Source: Octopus vulgaris
Lineage: Eukaryota
Direction: 5' to 3'
NCBI GenBank assembly: GCA_951406725.2
Contig: OX597814.1
Span: forward strand, 172,484,001-172,548,000
DNA: 64,000 nucleotides
Shown here piece after piece: positions 1-11,867 of this stretch. Position 1 is the first letter of the stretch; each line of letters begins with the position of its first letter. The notes under the pieces are model-generated. The model saw nothing but the letters and a program-made list of their open reading frames with translations. It was not told the origin of the DNA and did not search any database. The translations under genes and the position numbers were made by a program.

Positions 1-612
1 TGAGAAACGAGCTCCGCAATCATGACTGCAAGGAGTGGCTAGACACATAAATTATGTATCAGGATTTTAATCTGCCGTTTGTAACTTTAACTTTTTTTTT
101 TTTTTGCTTTGCCCTTTACCTGACTGCATCTATGCTGGGATATCGCCTTGAATGGTTTAGTCGAACAAATCGCCTACAATACGTAAGATTTTAAAACATT
201 TGTCACTTATATCGACCTCTTTTAGCGGAACAGATAGGGGTTCAGGTTGTTTACGGTAGCATAAACAAGTCAACACCATATAAAGTCAGATGTATTAATT
301 TCCAACTTCCCGCAAATTTCAAGTTTTGTGCTTATGTAAGAAACAATTGTTCACAATCATTTCATTCTGATAGTTAGGTCGAGAAGGCCTTGAAGTACTT
401 GTATATTAGACTTGTGAACTTTAAAACGTTCTTGTTATTACTGTATCAAACGAATCTTGTAGGAACAATGTCAAAATACAAAAGTTCCATAACAAAATCG
501 ATTAAACCTGAACGTGGCAAGATTGATTGTGTTGAATAGTGTTGAAACGATTATAAATGAAGTATTAAAATTATTTGTTTACTCTCTTCTTGTATATTTA
601 TCATTATGTGTG

Positions 613-666
<54 letters not shown>

Positions 667-724
667 CATATGTATGTATGGATGTATGTATATGTATGTA
701 TGTATGAATATATAGCTGGCATAA

Positions 725-805
725 GGCGGCGAGCTGGCAGAACCGTTAGCACGCCGGGCGAAATGCGTAGCCGTATTCAGTCTGCCGTTACGCTCTGGGT
801 TCAAA
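725..805 (+). mobile_element. tRNA-derived SINE group A, 5' fragment
   Basis: GGCGGCGAGCTGGCAGAA-CGTTAGCACGCCGGGCGAAATGC head with a GGTTCAAAT B-box; matches the copies at 4421, 40071 and 63496. Confidence 0.85.
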
Positions 806-1193
806 TGTATGTGTACTTCTTTGGTTGTCTGTGTGTATTTGTGCGTGTGAGTTGGAGAATACCGAAGAAAGCTTCGTGTAGACAGTCACCAAGCAGTGCT
901 TAGATGATTTCCAAACTTAAAACTCCAACTCTTTCATCCAGGACAGGTAACATCAATATAGGGAAAAAGTTGGTTATGAGAACGATCTACGTCGAGCGGA
1001 TATGAAAGTAAAAAGAAAAGACAGAACATATATGCATAAATATTCTCAAACACACACAAACACACACACACACACACACATACATACACACACACATACA
1101 CAAACACACACACAAGCACACAAACACAAACATGCACACACACACACACTCATACACACATACACATGCATATACACACATACGCGCACACAC

Positions 1194-1229
<36 letters not shown>

Positions 1230-1885
1230 TTAGATTGGGACAAACAGAGGGAGAAATTGGTTCATCTCAAGGAAGGAAGAGAGCGTATTCACTTTATCGT
1301 TGATATCTAGCCTAAATATTCCGCCGATATGCATGATATTTGACACAAACAAATCCCAGTTCGGTGAAGCGTGCAATTAGCACTAGATGAATAGGTTGAG
1401 TGCAGTTGGGTGGAACGTATCCACCGACAACCATCTCGGCGATTATTTTTCAAAAAGATATCGCCGTAATGAATTTTAAGGCAGGGTTTCCCCCTGCCCT
1501 TACAACAACAATAGTAATATCAACGAAAAGCAACTGTAACAACGAAATAAAGGTTCAACCCATTGGCCTCTTTCTAATTTTATGAAAGAAACTGTTGATT
1601 CGGTAAAGATTTATATCAAATGCAGCGCGTAAACGACGTTATTAGATAGAGACGGTTATATCAAAAACGGTATCTGATGTGTTTAATTATAACTCCTTGG
1701 TAATGTGTGTGTGTGTGTGTGTGGTGAATGTGTTCGCATATTTCTCGATATAATATATGTATACATGTATGTAAGCATATATATTCAAACACACACATAA
1801 TTATTAGTATTTATATGTGTGTGTGAATACATGATTGTACTTGCGTCTGTGCAAGAAGAAAAAATGTAATTCACGAAAATGTATA

Positions 1886-1994
1886 TAGACTACAGCTGTC
1901 GTTTCGACCCATTTTGCATCGGTCCCTCGGAGGTGAGATACTATACAACTAGTTACTGTGCATCCTTGTGCAGGTGTGTCTCATCAGGTGACTA
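1886..1994 (-). ncRNA. Type I hammerhead ribozyme motif, partly degenerate
   Basis: Minus strand reads tagtcac CTGATGA gacac...gggtc GAAAC gacagctGTA gtcta; stem II gac/gtc; stems I and III imperfect. Confidence 0.65.
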
Positions 1995-2247
1995 TTCAAA
2001 AGGTACCTCTCTCAATAGACACGGTTTCGTTTAGTTCAATTATATATGCGTGTGCACACTCATATATTGCATCCCCAACCAAACTTCGAAACTAATAAGT
2101 TTTTTAAAAATCTGTGATAAGACTGTGCATCATCATTAATGAACTTTGGAAAACTGTTCACAACCTATATCTGCCTCTAATGGAACTATCTCCAATATTT
2201 CATGAGTATAACCTCACCCACTAAGATGTCTAGAGAACTCAAATGTA

Positions 2248-2338
2248 TTTTAGCTGATGAGTACAGGACACTTTTATCTGCTGCAATTTTTGCAACTTGT
2301 AATAAAGCCTGTCTTTGTATGAAACAATTGTACTAAAA
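2248..2338 (+). ncRNA. Type I hammerhead ribozyme, apparently intact
   Basis: Stem I ttttag/ctaaaa; CTGATGA at 2254; stem II gtacaggaca/tgtctttgtat; GAAAC at 2321; palindromic stem III ACAATTGT; GUA cleavage triplet 2330-2332; (TA)n starts about 30 nt downstream. Confidence 0.88.
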
Positions 2339-2366
2339 ACCAATCCATTCTTGTTGCTTCTTTCTC

Positions 2367-2406
<40 letters not shown>

Positions 2407-2412
2407 AAAATG

Positions 2413-2522
2413 TTTGAAAATGCAAAGGTCTTTTAGAGATGTTTATTGACTTGACCGGTTTCACTTTTTAGAAAAACCGGTCAAGTCAATATACCTCTCT
2501 AAAAGACCTTTGCATTTTCAAA
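2413..2522. repeat. Fold-back palindrome (~50-bp arms) between (TA)n arrays, carrying only the 3' half of a hammerhead
   Basis: tttgaaaatgcaaaggtcttttagaga...gacttgaccggttt is the reverse complement of aaaccggtcaagtc...tctctaaaagacctttgcattttcaaa; minus strand has GAAACCGGTC (ACCGGT palindrome then C17). Confidence 0.9.
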
Positions 2523-2574
2523 CCTTCTTTTATTTATATTCTTTCTCGTGCGGTTCCTTACAACTTTACTTTGT

Positions 2575-2650
<76 letters not shown>

Positions 2651-2770
2651 CGTGTGCGTGGTAAACAAAGGTATATACTCACGGACAAGCACACGCACAC
2701 ACATATACATGTATGTATATATGTATGCATGTATATGTATATACAGATATATATATACACATATATATAC

Positions 2771-2828
<58 letters not shown>

Positions 2829-3031
2829 GAGTGTAATAGATGAGTGTTAACCTTGTTAACAATTAACACGGAAAAAATAAATAAATAGTTACCAGGGTAG
2901 CAAAAATCTCACAAGTAAAGGTGTTGTAACTCCTTGTTTATAAAGGTAGAAACTTCGTGTTTACGTTGAATATTTTGAATAATATATGAATAAGTAAATG
3001 GAGTTTAACGCAGGTGTAATCAAATATTTTT

Positions 3032-3117
3032 ACTTTCGACACATGCTTCGAAAATTCCACTGATACTATTCAAAAGAATAAATGGTATAAACAATGCAAT
3101 CTTCTCCTCAGGAAAGT
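3032..3117 (-). ncRNA. Hammerhead ribozyme mirror copy with GAAAC changed to GAAGC
   Basis: Reverse complement of 3204-3289 except gcttcg for gtttcg, which alters A15.1. Confidence 0.75.
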
Positions 3118-3203
3118 GAAAAAAACGAAACTCGTCAAAAAGACATTTTAGCAAAATAAGACATTTTTGCTAAAATGTCTTATTGACGAGTTTCGTTTTT
3201 TTC

Positions 3204-3289
3204 ACTTTCCTGAGGAGAAGATTGCATTGTTTATACCATTTATTCTTTTGAATAGTATCAGTGGAATTTTCGAAACATGTGTCGAAAGT
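3204..3289 (+). ncRNA. Type I hammerhead ribozyme, apparently intact
   Basis: Stem I actttc/gaaagt; CTGAGGA 3210-3216; stem II gaagatt/aattttc; GAAAC 3272; stem III ACATGTGT; GUC 3281-3283. Confidence 0.88.
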
Positions 3290-3334
3290 AAAAATATTTG
3301 ATTACACCTGCGTTAAACTCCATTTATTTATTCA

Positions 3335-3365
<31 letters not shown>

Positions 3366-3467
3366 TCGGGGTGAGTACTTGATAATTATAAGCACCTGTG
3401 TATACCGTTTGGTGGTGTAGGTGGTGGAGTAAATTGATCAAAATAAAAACATGATGCCAAGGATTCA

Positions 3468-3545
3468 GCGGTACATATGTTTCGGGCCTTTATTAGACAG
3501 ATTTATAACAATGCATAATGTATGTCTGTGGCCTTCTTCAGCCAC
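3468..3545 (-). ncRNA. Type I hammerhead ribozyme (left-arm copy)
   Basis: gtgg CTGAAGA aggcc...ggccc GAAAC atat GTA ccgc; stem I with one G-U wobble. Confidence 0.8.
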
Positions 3546-3802
3546 GCACAACAGCTTCCACAAGGACATGTGTTACATCAAAAATTCTTGGTTGGGGATG
3601 CAAATCCTCTCATTCGCGTACGACATAATGCGGCAACAGCATAGAATTGAAGCGTCCATCTCTTTCTTCTACATTGAGAGAAGAAAGAGATGGACGCTTC
3701 AATTCTATGCTGTTGCCGCATTATGTCGTACGCGAATGAGAGGATTTGCATCCCCAACCAAGAATTTTGATGTAACACATGTCCTTGTGGAAGCTGTTGT
3801 GC

Positions 3803-3880
3803 GCGGCTGAAGAAGGCCACAGACATACATTATGCATTGTTATAAATCTGTCTAATAAAGGCCCGAAACATATGTACCGC
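3803..3880 (+). ncRNA. Type I hammerhead ribozyme (right-arm copy)
   Basis: Stem I gcgg/ccgc; CTGAAGA 3807-3813; stem II ggcc/ggcc extended by acaga/tctgt; GAAAC 3865; palindromic ACATATGT; GUA 3874-3876. Confidence 0.85.
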
Positions 3881-3937
3881 TGAATCCTTGGCATCATGTT
3901 TTTATTTTGATCAATTTATATATATTTATATGTATAT

Positions 3938-4229
3938 ATGAACACAATTGCAGCGTGGAAGGTGTTTGTAAGCCATTTAAGAAACACACAAAAGCCGTTC
4001 GATTCACTTCAACATTTAAGTTTAATTTGTTAAAATATTTTCGTCGCTTTAAGACCGCGATCTGTTCACTGACAAAAATCCGTGCTGCATCTTGTCAGTG
4101 AACATTTCGCGGTCTTAAAGCGACGAAAATATTTTAACAAATTAAACTTAAATGTTGAAGTGAATCGAACGGCTTTTGTGTGTTTCTTAAATGGCTTACA
4201 AATACCTTCCACGCTGCAATTGTTTTCAT
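3938..4229. mobile_element. Palindromic island (arms 3938-4075 / 4092-4229) with a variant-core hammerhead on each arm
   Basis: ~138-bp inverted repeat with few mismatches, 16-nt loop, TA-rich left flank. Confidence 0.92.
4092..4140 (+). ncRNA. Minimal hammerhead-like motif with G3-C8 core (GUGAACA); mirror at 4026-4075 on minus
   Basis: ttgtca GTGAACA tt tcgc ggtcttaaa gcga c GAAA atattt taacaa: stem I with one mismatch, stem II tcgc/gcga, AATATT palindrome. Confidence 0.6.
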
Positions 4230-4301
4230 TTCAGCACACGATCTCAAATCAAATCACTTGCTATGCAGGTACATCTCCATAATAGGTATATATGTATGTA
4301 T

Positions 4302-4650
4302 GCGGCGAACTGGCAGAAACGTTAGCACGCCGGGCGAAATGCTTAGCGGTATTTCGTCTACGTTACGTTGTGAGTTCAAATTCCGCCGAGGTCGACTTTG
4401 CCTTTCATCCTTTCGGGAAAGGCGGCGAGCTGGCAGAAACGTTAGCACGCCGGGCGAAATGCTTAGCGGTATTTCGTCTGCGTTACGTTGTGAGTTCAAA
4501 TTCCACCGAGGTCGACTTTGCCTTTCATCCTTTCGGGGTCGATAAATTAAGTACCAGTTACGCACTGGGGTCGATGGAATCGACTTAATACCTATGTCTG
4601 TCCTTGTTTGTCCCCTCTGTGTTTAGCCCCTTGTGGGTAATAAAGAAATA
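4302..4650 (+). mobile_element. SINE group A, tandem partial (4302-4419) plus full copy (4421-4650)
   Basis: Head repeated twice; flanked by the direct repeat ataggtatatatgtatgtatg. Confidence 0.9.
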
Positions 4651-5031
4651 GGTATATATGTATGTATGTATGTACGTATATATGTAGAGCAAGAAAGAGA
4701 GAAAGAGACATAGACAGACACAAAGTTCCACACAATTTCTGCTTACAAAATTCACTTAAAAAGCATCGTTTGGCCTGAGACGATAGCCGTTGGACATTGG
4801 CCAAATGTGCTGTGTAGGTGTACTGAACGCAAACCCCCGTGACTGCGAAACAGTCATGCCTTTATCATCTGCGACATTTCTTTTTAGATATTTACTCACA
4901 AATAAGATTCACTATCAGACAACTTGTTTCAGTAGGTTTTATCTAGCGGCCAGAAAAATTCTATTTTTAGACATGCCTAATGTTTGCGAAATCGAACGGT
5001 GTCAAATCCTGCTGAAAATACATGAGTCTTT

Positions 5032-5438
5032 CTTTACTCTTTTACTTGTTTCAGTCATTTGACTGCGGCCATGCTGGAGCACCGCCTTTAATCGAGCAAC
5101 TCGACCCTGGCACTTATTCTTTTTGTAAGCCCAGTACTTATTCTATCGGTCTCTTTTGCCGAACCGCTAAATAACGGGGACATAAACACACCAGCATCGG
5201 TTGTCAAGCAATGCTAGGGGGACAAATACAGACACACAAACACACACACGTATATATATATATACATATATACGACGGGCTTTTTGTTTCAGTTTCCGTC
5301 TACTAAATCCACTCACAATGCTTTGGTCGGCCAGAGGCTATAGTAGAAGGCACTTGGCCAAGGTGCCACGCTGTGGGACTGAACCCGGAACCATGTGGCT
5401 GGTAAACAAGCTACTTACCACACAGCCATTCCTGCGCC
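5032..5438 (-). mobile_element. tRNA-derived SINE group B, full length
   Basis: Minus head GGCGCAGGAATGGCTGTGTGGTAAG, GGTTCAGTCCC B-box, internal (TA)/(TG) tract, GAAACAAGTAAAAGAGTAAAG tail. Confidence 0.9.
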
Positions 5439-5605
5439 TATGCTAAGTCTGCTAAGAAATACGTACAAACGAAATAAATTAAGAGAAACTCAGCGTTAAA
5501 TTTTGCACATAATCATCGGCATCCATATTTTAAATACTGTGGATGATTAAATTACAAGTCCATTGTTGTGTCATTTAAAATATTCTATTCGTTACAATAA
5601 CGATA

Positions 5606-5902
5606 AACGTCGCCCTTTTCAAGCCTAGCCAGGCTCTTGGGTCCGGTTTCCCGGAGTATGTGTTCCTCCCAGCTGGACGGGACGCCAATCCATCGCAGCG
5701 TTACTCAAGAAACAGGAAGAGAGAATGAGAGATAGTTGTGGCGAAAGAGTACAACAGGGGTCGCCACCACCACCTGCTGGAGCCTCGTGGAGCTTTTATG
5801 TATTTTCGCTCAACAAACACACACAACGCCTGGTCTGGGAATCGAAAGCGCAATCCTCCGATCGCGAGTCCGCTGCCCTAACCACTGGGCCATTGCGCCT
5901 CC
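5606..5902 (-). mobile_element. tRNA-derived SINE group C (tail type AAGGGCG)
   Basis: Minus head GGAGGCGCAATGGCCCAGTGGTTAGGGCAGCGGACTC with TTCGATTCCC B-box. Confidence 0.9.
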
Positions 5903-6217
5903 ACATTCTTTACAATGGTATTATGTTTTTAATTGTGGTTTTATGGTTGTCATCTGCAGTGTAAAACTCACAGGTGTATCACTGCATTACTCTTTCTATT
6001 GAAAAGTTGCCACATCTAACTAAACTGTGAGATCTACAAGATATGCCAACCATCATTACGAAAGAACACCAACAGTCTCTGGAAGAGTTTAGTTGAATGA
6101 TCAAAATCGTTTGGTACGAGTGCGGGGATAAAGTAATTATTCGCTTGTAATCAACCACGCATAAGAGAAATCTGGGGAAATCGTGCGTCAAAATATATTT
6201 TAGAATGTTAAGATACT

Positions 6218-6417
6218 GTGGAAGCACTCCGTCGGTTACGACGATGAGGGTTCCGGTTGATCCGATCAACGGAACAGCCTGCTCGTGGAATTAACGTGCA
6301 AGTGGCTGAGCACTCCACAGACACGTGTACCCTTAACGTAGTTCTCGAGGATATTCAGCGTGACACAGAGAGTGACAAGGCCGGCCCTTTGAAATACAGG
6401 TACAACAGAAACAGGAA

Positions 6418-6454
<37 letters not shown>

Positions 6455-6622
6455 TTGTGGTGAAAGAGTACAGCAGGGATCACCACCACCCCCTGCCGGA
6501 GCCTCGTGGATCTTTAGGTGTTTTCGCTCAATAAGCACTCACAACGCCCGGTCTGGGAATCGAAACCGCGATCCTACGACCGCGAGTCCGCTGCCCTAAC
6601 CACTGGGCCATTGCGCCTCCAC
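6218..6622 (-). mobile_element. SINE group C, full length (tail type GTGCTTCCAC) with 16-bp TSD
   Basis: TSD agaatgttaagatact at 6202-6217 and 6623-6638; near-identical to 33379-33762. Confidence 0.93.
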
Positions 6623-6732
6623 AGAATGTTAAGATACTACTTGTGAAAGGAAAGCCTTATATTATTCAGAACGTATGAAACAAGGGCTTACTAACAGTCT
6701 GAGAACAGCCATGGACCGTTTGGAGAAACATA

Positions 6733-7061
6733 TACTCTTTTTTTTTACTTGTTTCAGTCATTTGACTGCGGCCATGCTGGAGCACCACCTTTTAGTCGAG
6801 CAAATCGACCCCAGTTAAGAGTTAAGAGGACGTAAACACACCATCATCGGTTGTCAAGCAATGTTGGGGGTACAAACACAGACACACAAACATATACACA
6901 CACGTGCATATATATACGACGGGCTTCTTTCAGTTTCCGTCTACCAAATCCACTCACAAGGCTATTGGTTGGCCCGAGGCTATAGTAGAAGACACTTGTC
7001 CAAGGTGCCACGCAGTGGGAATGAACCCGGAAGCTACTTACCACACAGCCACTCCTGCGCC
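6733..7061 (-). mobile_element. SINE group B with internal deletions
   Basis: Same head and tail as 5032-5438. Confidence 0.88.
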
Positions 7062-8041
7062 TATGAAAATATTTTGGGCAGACAAAGGGTTAAAAAGAAG
7101 AACACACACACAAATACACACTTTGTACCCCAGCATGGCCGTGGCCCAATGAATGATGCAAGTAGAAAAAATTAAAAGGGTACATCTAATATCAAAATCA
7201 AATTGAATAGAGAAAAATAAGGCAGTAAGTAAAATAAGAAAAATATATTGAAACCAGATTCTGCAAAAGAGTGACAAGGGATTTCTGTCAACACCCTAGA
7301 AAGTGTTCCTTGAATAGGTCAATCCCTCTTGTTCTCAACAAGTGTTGTATGTTTATCCTATCTTTGACAAGAATCCACTAGAGAGATGACAAACAGGGAT
7401 AGTGAAGAAACGAAGAAAATTGCTGGAGATAAGTAGGCAATTTATACATATACATACATAAGCGTACACACTCTCCATATGTGTGCTGGAGCGCGTGTGT
7501 GAGCGTACGTGAGTGTGTGTGTGTGAGCGTACGTGAGTATGTGTGTGTGAGCGTACGTGAGTGTGTGTATGTGTAGTGCATATAATAACAAACTACATAT
7601 ACCATATACCCAACTTATGTTTGTGTTTGTGCGTGAGTATGGCTGTATAAGAAGTATTGCGTGTATCTATTTAAGGTACGACAAAGTTTGTCAACACATG
7701 CTGTTGAAGAATATCTTGCTTATCAAATTAGAATATTGGATACTAAGAAAGATTTTTTTTTTCCAAGATAACATTCAGTGTTGAATTTCTGTTGATTAAC
7801 GCTACTAGTGCCGCCATTGGTGATGCTGTTATTTTTGATGTCACCGTTTCTATTTTTACGTACAAGGTAGTCCTCAATCGATATTGAAGTATCCTCTTTC
7901 TAAGGCGTCCAATAGCTACTAAATCCTTAAGACCTAGATCTGATCTTATAGAGGAGACCTATAATCAAAGGCCTTCCAGCAGTGACATACTGTCTTTTTC
8001 TCTGAGACTATTTTTCTGCCTCAACATAGCTTGGCCTATAT

Positions 8042-8226
8042 CAGTGCTCCGCAATCTTTTTTCACTTGCTGTACACTTATATTCTTTCAAAAATTCGACA
8101 GCACACCTGAATTAAAGATAAAAGCAAAAGTACAGGGAAAAACTTAAATTCAAGTTACACCGCGGCACATCTAGCCTCATCTCGTTGCACAACAGTGTGT
8201 CACAGCACGCCGGTTGCAGAGCACTG
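8042..8226. mobile_element. hAT-type MITE
   Basis: TIRs CAGTGCTCCGCAATC / GGTTGCAGAGCACTG; 8-bp flanks gcctatat and gtctatac. Confidence 0.8.
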
Positions 8227-8234
8227 GTCTATAC

Positions 8235-8960
8235 CAGTGGTTCTCAATCGGGGTTCATATGACCCTCGGGGTGGGGTCTATATAAGCCCCCCAAAATGAT
8301 TATTCTTCAATACGGCAAAATATTTCGACATTTTTTTTTATAAAATTCCTTATCATAATAATAAAAAAAAAAGGCGGCGAACTAGTAGAATCGTTAGCAC
8401 ACTGGACGAAATAAATGAAAAAATGTTCCTTCTCGAGCCATGCAAGGCCCATAAGAGCCGGTTTCCCGGTTTCAGTGGCGTAGAAATTCCCCACCTGGAC
8501 GGGACGCCAGTCCGTCACAGGATTACTCATTTTTGCCAGCTGAGTGGACTGGAGCAAGGTGAAATGAAGTGTTTTGCTCAAGAACACAACGCGTCGCCCG
8601 GCCCAGGAATCGAAACCACAACCTTACGATCATGAGTTCAACACCCTAACCACTAAGCCACGCGCCTCCATACTGGACGAAATGCTTAGAGGTATTTCTC
8701 TCGTCGCTACGTTCTGAGTTCAAATTCCACCGAGATCGACTTTGCCTTACATCCTTTGGGGGTGGCTAAATTAAGTTCCAGCGAAACACTCGACTAGATC
8801 CCTCTCCGCAAAATTTCATAGCCTTGTGCCTTCAGTAGAAAGAATATTTAATTATAAAATATATAACAAGATTTTTTAAACAACGAATGGTTGTGGAGTT
8901 TCACCAGAGTGAAATAGGAATAAAAGGGATCAATAGGCAAAAAATAGTTGTGGACCACTG
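8235..8960. mobile_element. Second hAT-type MITE containing nested SINE A (8373-8845 +), itself interrupted by a SINE C (8423-8669 -)
   Basis: TIRs CAGTGGTTCTCAA / TTGTGGACCACTG; 8-bp TSD gtctatac/gtctatat; inner TSD actggacgaaat. Confidence 0.82.
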
Positions 8961-9179
8961 GTCTATATTATCCAGTGACTACTTTTTTAAGTTTTCAGTG
9001 TGTAATTTGAATAATAGTTAACTGATATAAATTCCTCCTATACTGCAGCAGTTGCATCACAGTTCTGATCAAGCTAAAATCAGTATAATTTACAGGATAG
9101 CTCCGTAGTCTCCGAGTGTCATCAGGGCTTTCAATGTCTATGCAAACACTACCTTATTACATATTATGGTGTGTTACTT

Positions 9180-10240
9180 CTGCACTCACCATCTGCTTTT
9201 ACTGTCCTACAATGGTAACGACGAACCAAAGGAGCCCAAAAGTCCAGTGGCATCGGCCGTAAATCTTGTCCTGTTTTCACTTATAATGTAAAACCACCTT
9301 GTGCACGGATGCGTAACATGCTAGTTTGAATATTTTCCCTTGTCATCATTCTTAAAGACCATACACATATGCATTACTCCAAGACTGCAACGACTGAATC
9401 ACTGTTCTGATTAAGCCTCTTGTGGTCTTCGAGAGTCACCAGGGCTTCTACTGACCCAAAACAAATGTGACCCAGAGGGTTTCGTCGCTCTGAGAGCATG
9501 ACGTACGGGTTCGACAAATTTCATTTCGATGCCTGTAGAATTTATCTCAAACTGTCAATGCTTCCAGAAGAGACAATCCAGTTGACCGCCAGAATTACCC
9601 CATAACATAGTCGTTCTTCTTCAACACCAGTCCTCAATAGAGTGATGACACCAGCTCAACGCCATGGTGCAGACGTTGCAGCATCAGCTCATATCTGCAC
9701 ATCATTAGCTACTGCATACCAAATTTTCTGTGCAGCGCTATTTGACAGCAGAGTCTTAGTCTGGCTAAGTCGAATGCATCCCTTCAACAATAGGCGAAAG
9801 ATTGAAGTTCCACCTGGTTAGATGAAAACTGGAGTAAGGGTAAATAGTCAAACTGAAATAAATAACGGAGGTGATGTATTCGCTCTGTCTGACTTAGTGT
9901 GGAATGACAATCAACAGTTAATTGTTCCTGTCAACGTTTTTTTATTTCCGATCACCAGGGTTAACATGCTGCCCGACGCCGTTACAGTACCGTCGACTAC
10001 ATATACTAACATAGACATTTTAGAGCGCAGTCTCAGCATCCCTGCTTTCTACAGAATTGGCTTAAGAATCAGTACTTACAGTAGTAATAAGGGTAGATAC
10101 TCTTGATAGACCGAGCGTGTAATTTGAAATGGTTCTGATTATAATCGCGGCGGTAGTTGGTGACTCACGGAAATCTTCCGAGTATTTATACAACATTTCA
10201 AATAAAGTTCTTATAGCTTCACCAAGTTCCCTTTCAATAC
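9180..10240 (-). pseudogene. Probable highly decayed RTE-type LINE 3' region
   Basis: Minus-strand remnants such as RRNPLGHI (cf. RRLRWLGHV) and LSQTKT (cf. ISxxKTK); many stops. Confidence 0.35.
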
Positions 10241-10662
10241 ATGACTAAGCCTTTATCTAAAATAAAAAATAATAAAAGAAATAATAATATAATCTCTGCC
10301 GAATTATGATGAAGACAAAACTACGAGCGTATTCATAGTTTTAACTATACCATTGCCATCGTATGTATGATGGAGACATATCCTTGAAGTTGACAAATGA
10401 TATAGCGATCATTCATCTAAAGTGGCCTGCTTGCTTTTATCAGTGTCATCAAGAGCAAAACACAATTCATAATATTTTATTGATATGCAAAGTGTTTTTG
10501 CTTTATATATCAGATGAGACCGATTCTGTCCAGCAGTTCTATAGATATACGAGAAATAATGTCATTCTCTGAGACAGTTTGAATTTGGAGAGCTCACATC
10601 CAACTGGTATGAGGTCAGTGATCTCAAGGATGCATATATTCATGCATTATATTCATACATAC

Positions 10663-10722
<60 letters not shown>

Positions 10723-10755
10723 GCATACATACATATATATATATATACATACATG

Positions 10756-10799
<44 letters not shown>

Positions 10800-10950
10800 A
10801 AAAAAAACACACACACACGCACTTACACAAACGAACACACACATATCTATTTACAGTGGAACTCAAGTTCTTTAGCATGCTTTTATGCATGGAGTAAATG
10901 CTGAATGGATTCCCGAATCACCCTTCATGCACATACACATACATAGACAC

Positions 10951-10993
<43 letters not shown>

Positions 10994-11478
10994 CGCGCAC
11001 GCACACACGTATGTGGTTGGTCACAGAGCCGAGTGGGAGAAGGCCTTATATCAAAATATTTAAAATCCAAACACTGAAACCTTACTAGACCGAATATTAC
11101 TCAGTACATTGAGTTCTGAAATATTTTAGACAAAAAATACCGTCAAGACATTTTTTTTTTAAAGATTGTAGAAGAAAGTTTATTCGATGAATGTATTATA
11201 ACGTCTTTCTTTTTGCTACCGCAGGTTAATTATTTTAGAGAAAATTAACTTCTTCAAACACTTATTTTATTGATTTAATAATGAGTTCATATGCGAAATT
11301 TATTTTTATTTTATTTTATATAATGCTACATCATAATAAGAAAGATAAGCAAGATATGATGAGCACATTTAGTAATGACAGATGATCAGAATAAAAGTAT
11401 AAAGCAGGGATACGATACCGAAGACATATGTGAAAACTTAATTTATCTTCCGCACTTTAAATTCTCTCATTATAAAAT

Positions 11479-11867
11479 TCTAGAAGTATCGCCCGGCGTT
11501 TCTCGGGTTTGTTTCGACCCTTTAGAACAGGAATTTTTGAAAAGTAAAAATTTTGCATTATGTAGCTTGTTATTCTCTTTAAGTAAACATTTTTCTGGTT
11601 GAAATGAACCGAAAAATGGCGACAGAGTAGTCAAAAAATCGTAAAAAAATAGGGATTTTCATAGAAAAAAGGCACCTTTTTGAGGTAAATAATTTTTGGT
11701 CTTAACATGGTCCGATTTGAATTTTATCTTCTACGGAATGAAGAGCAAGCCTTCTTCTATCATACTCTCAATTTTGGTCAACTTGCACCGCAGGGTTTCG
11801 AAGGAGATAATGTTAGTTGAAGGCTACCAAACCTGCTACACACACAACTTCAGCTTTATATATATAG
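11479..11867 (+). mobile_element. Non-autonomous Helitron/Helentron-like element
   Basis: Starts CTAG followed by a subterminal hairpin CCCGG-cgttt-CTCGGG; ends (CA)n...CTTTATATATATAG; similar 3' ends near 25870 and 36920. Confidence 0.55.

Larger units (their letters stand above)
2982..3339. mobile_element. Palindromic PLE-like island (arms 2982-3156 / 3165-3339)
   Basis: Near-perfect ~175-bp inverted repeat, 8-nt loop, right end fused to (TA)n, hammerhead motif on each arm. Confidence 0.92.
3430..3918. mobile_element. Palindromic PLE-like island (arms 3430-3670 / 3679-3918)
   Basis: ~240-bp arms differing by about one substitution and one indel, 8-nt loop, TA-rich right flank; explains the mirror ORFs 3451+ and 3578-. 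Confidence 0.95.

Noticed and set aside
3451-3826. Overlapping opposite-strand ORFs with identical peptide blocks
   Set aside because: A consequence of the 240-bp palindrome; no recognisable domain.
2982-4229. Palindromes as sequencing fold-back artefacts
   Set aside because: Arms carry independent substitutions and indels, a full range of divergences exists, and unique sequence resumes on both sides. Read-level confirmation is still advisable.
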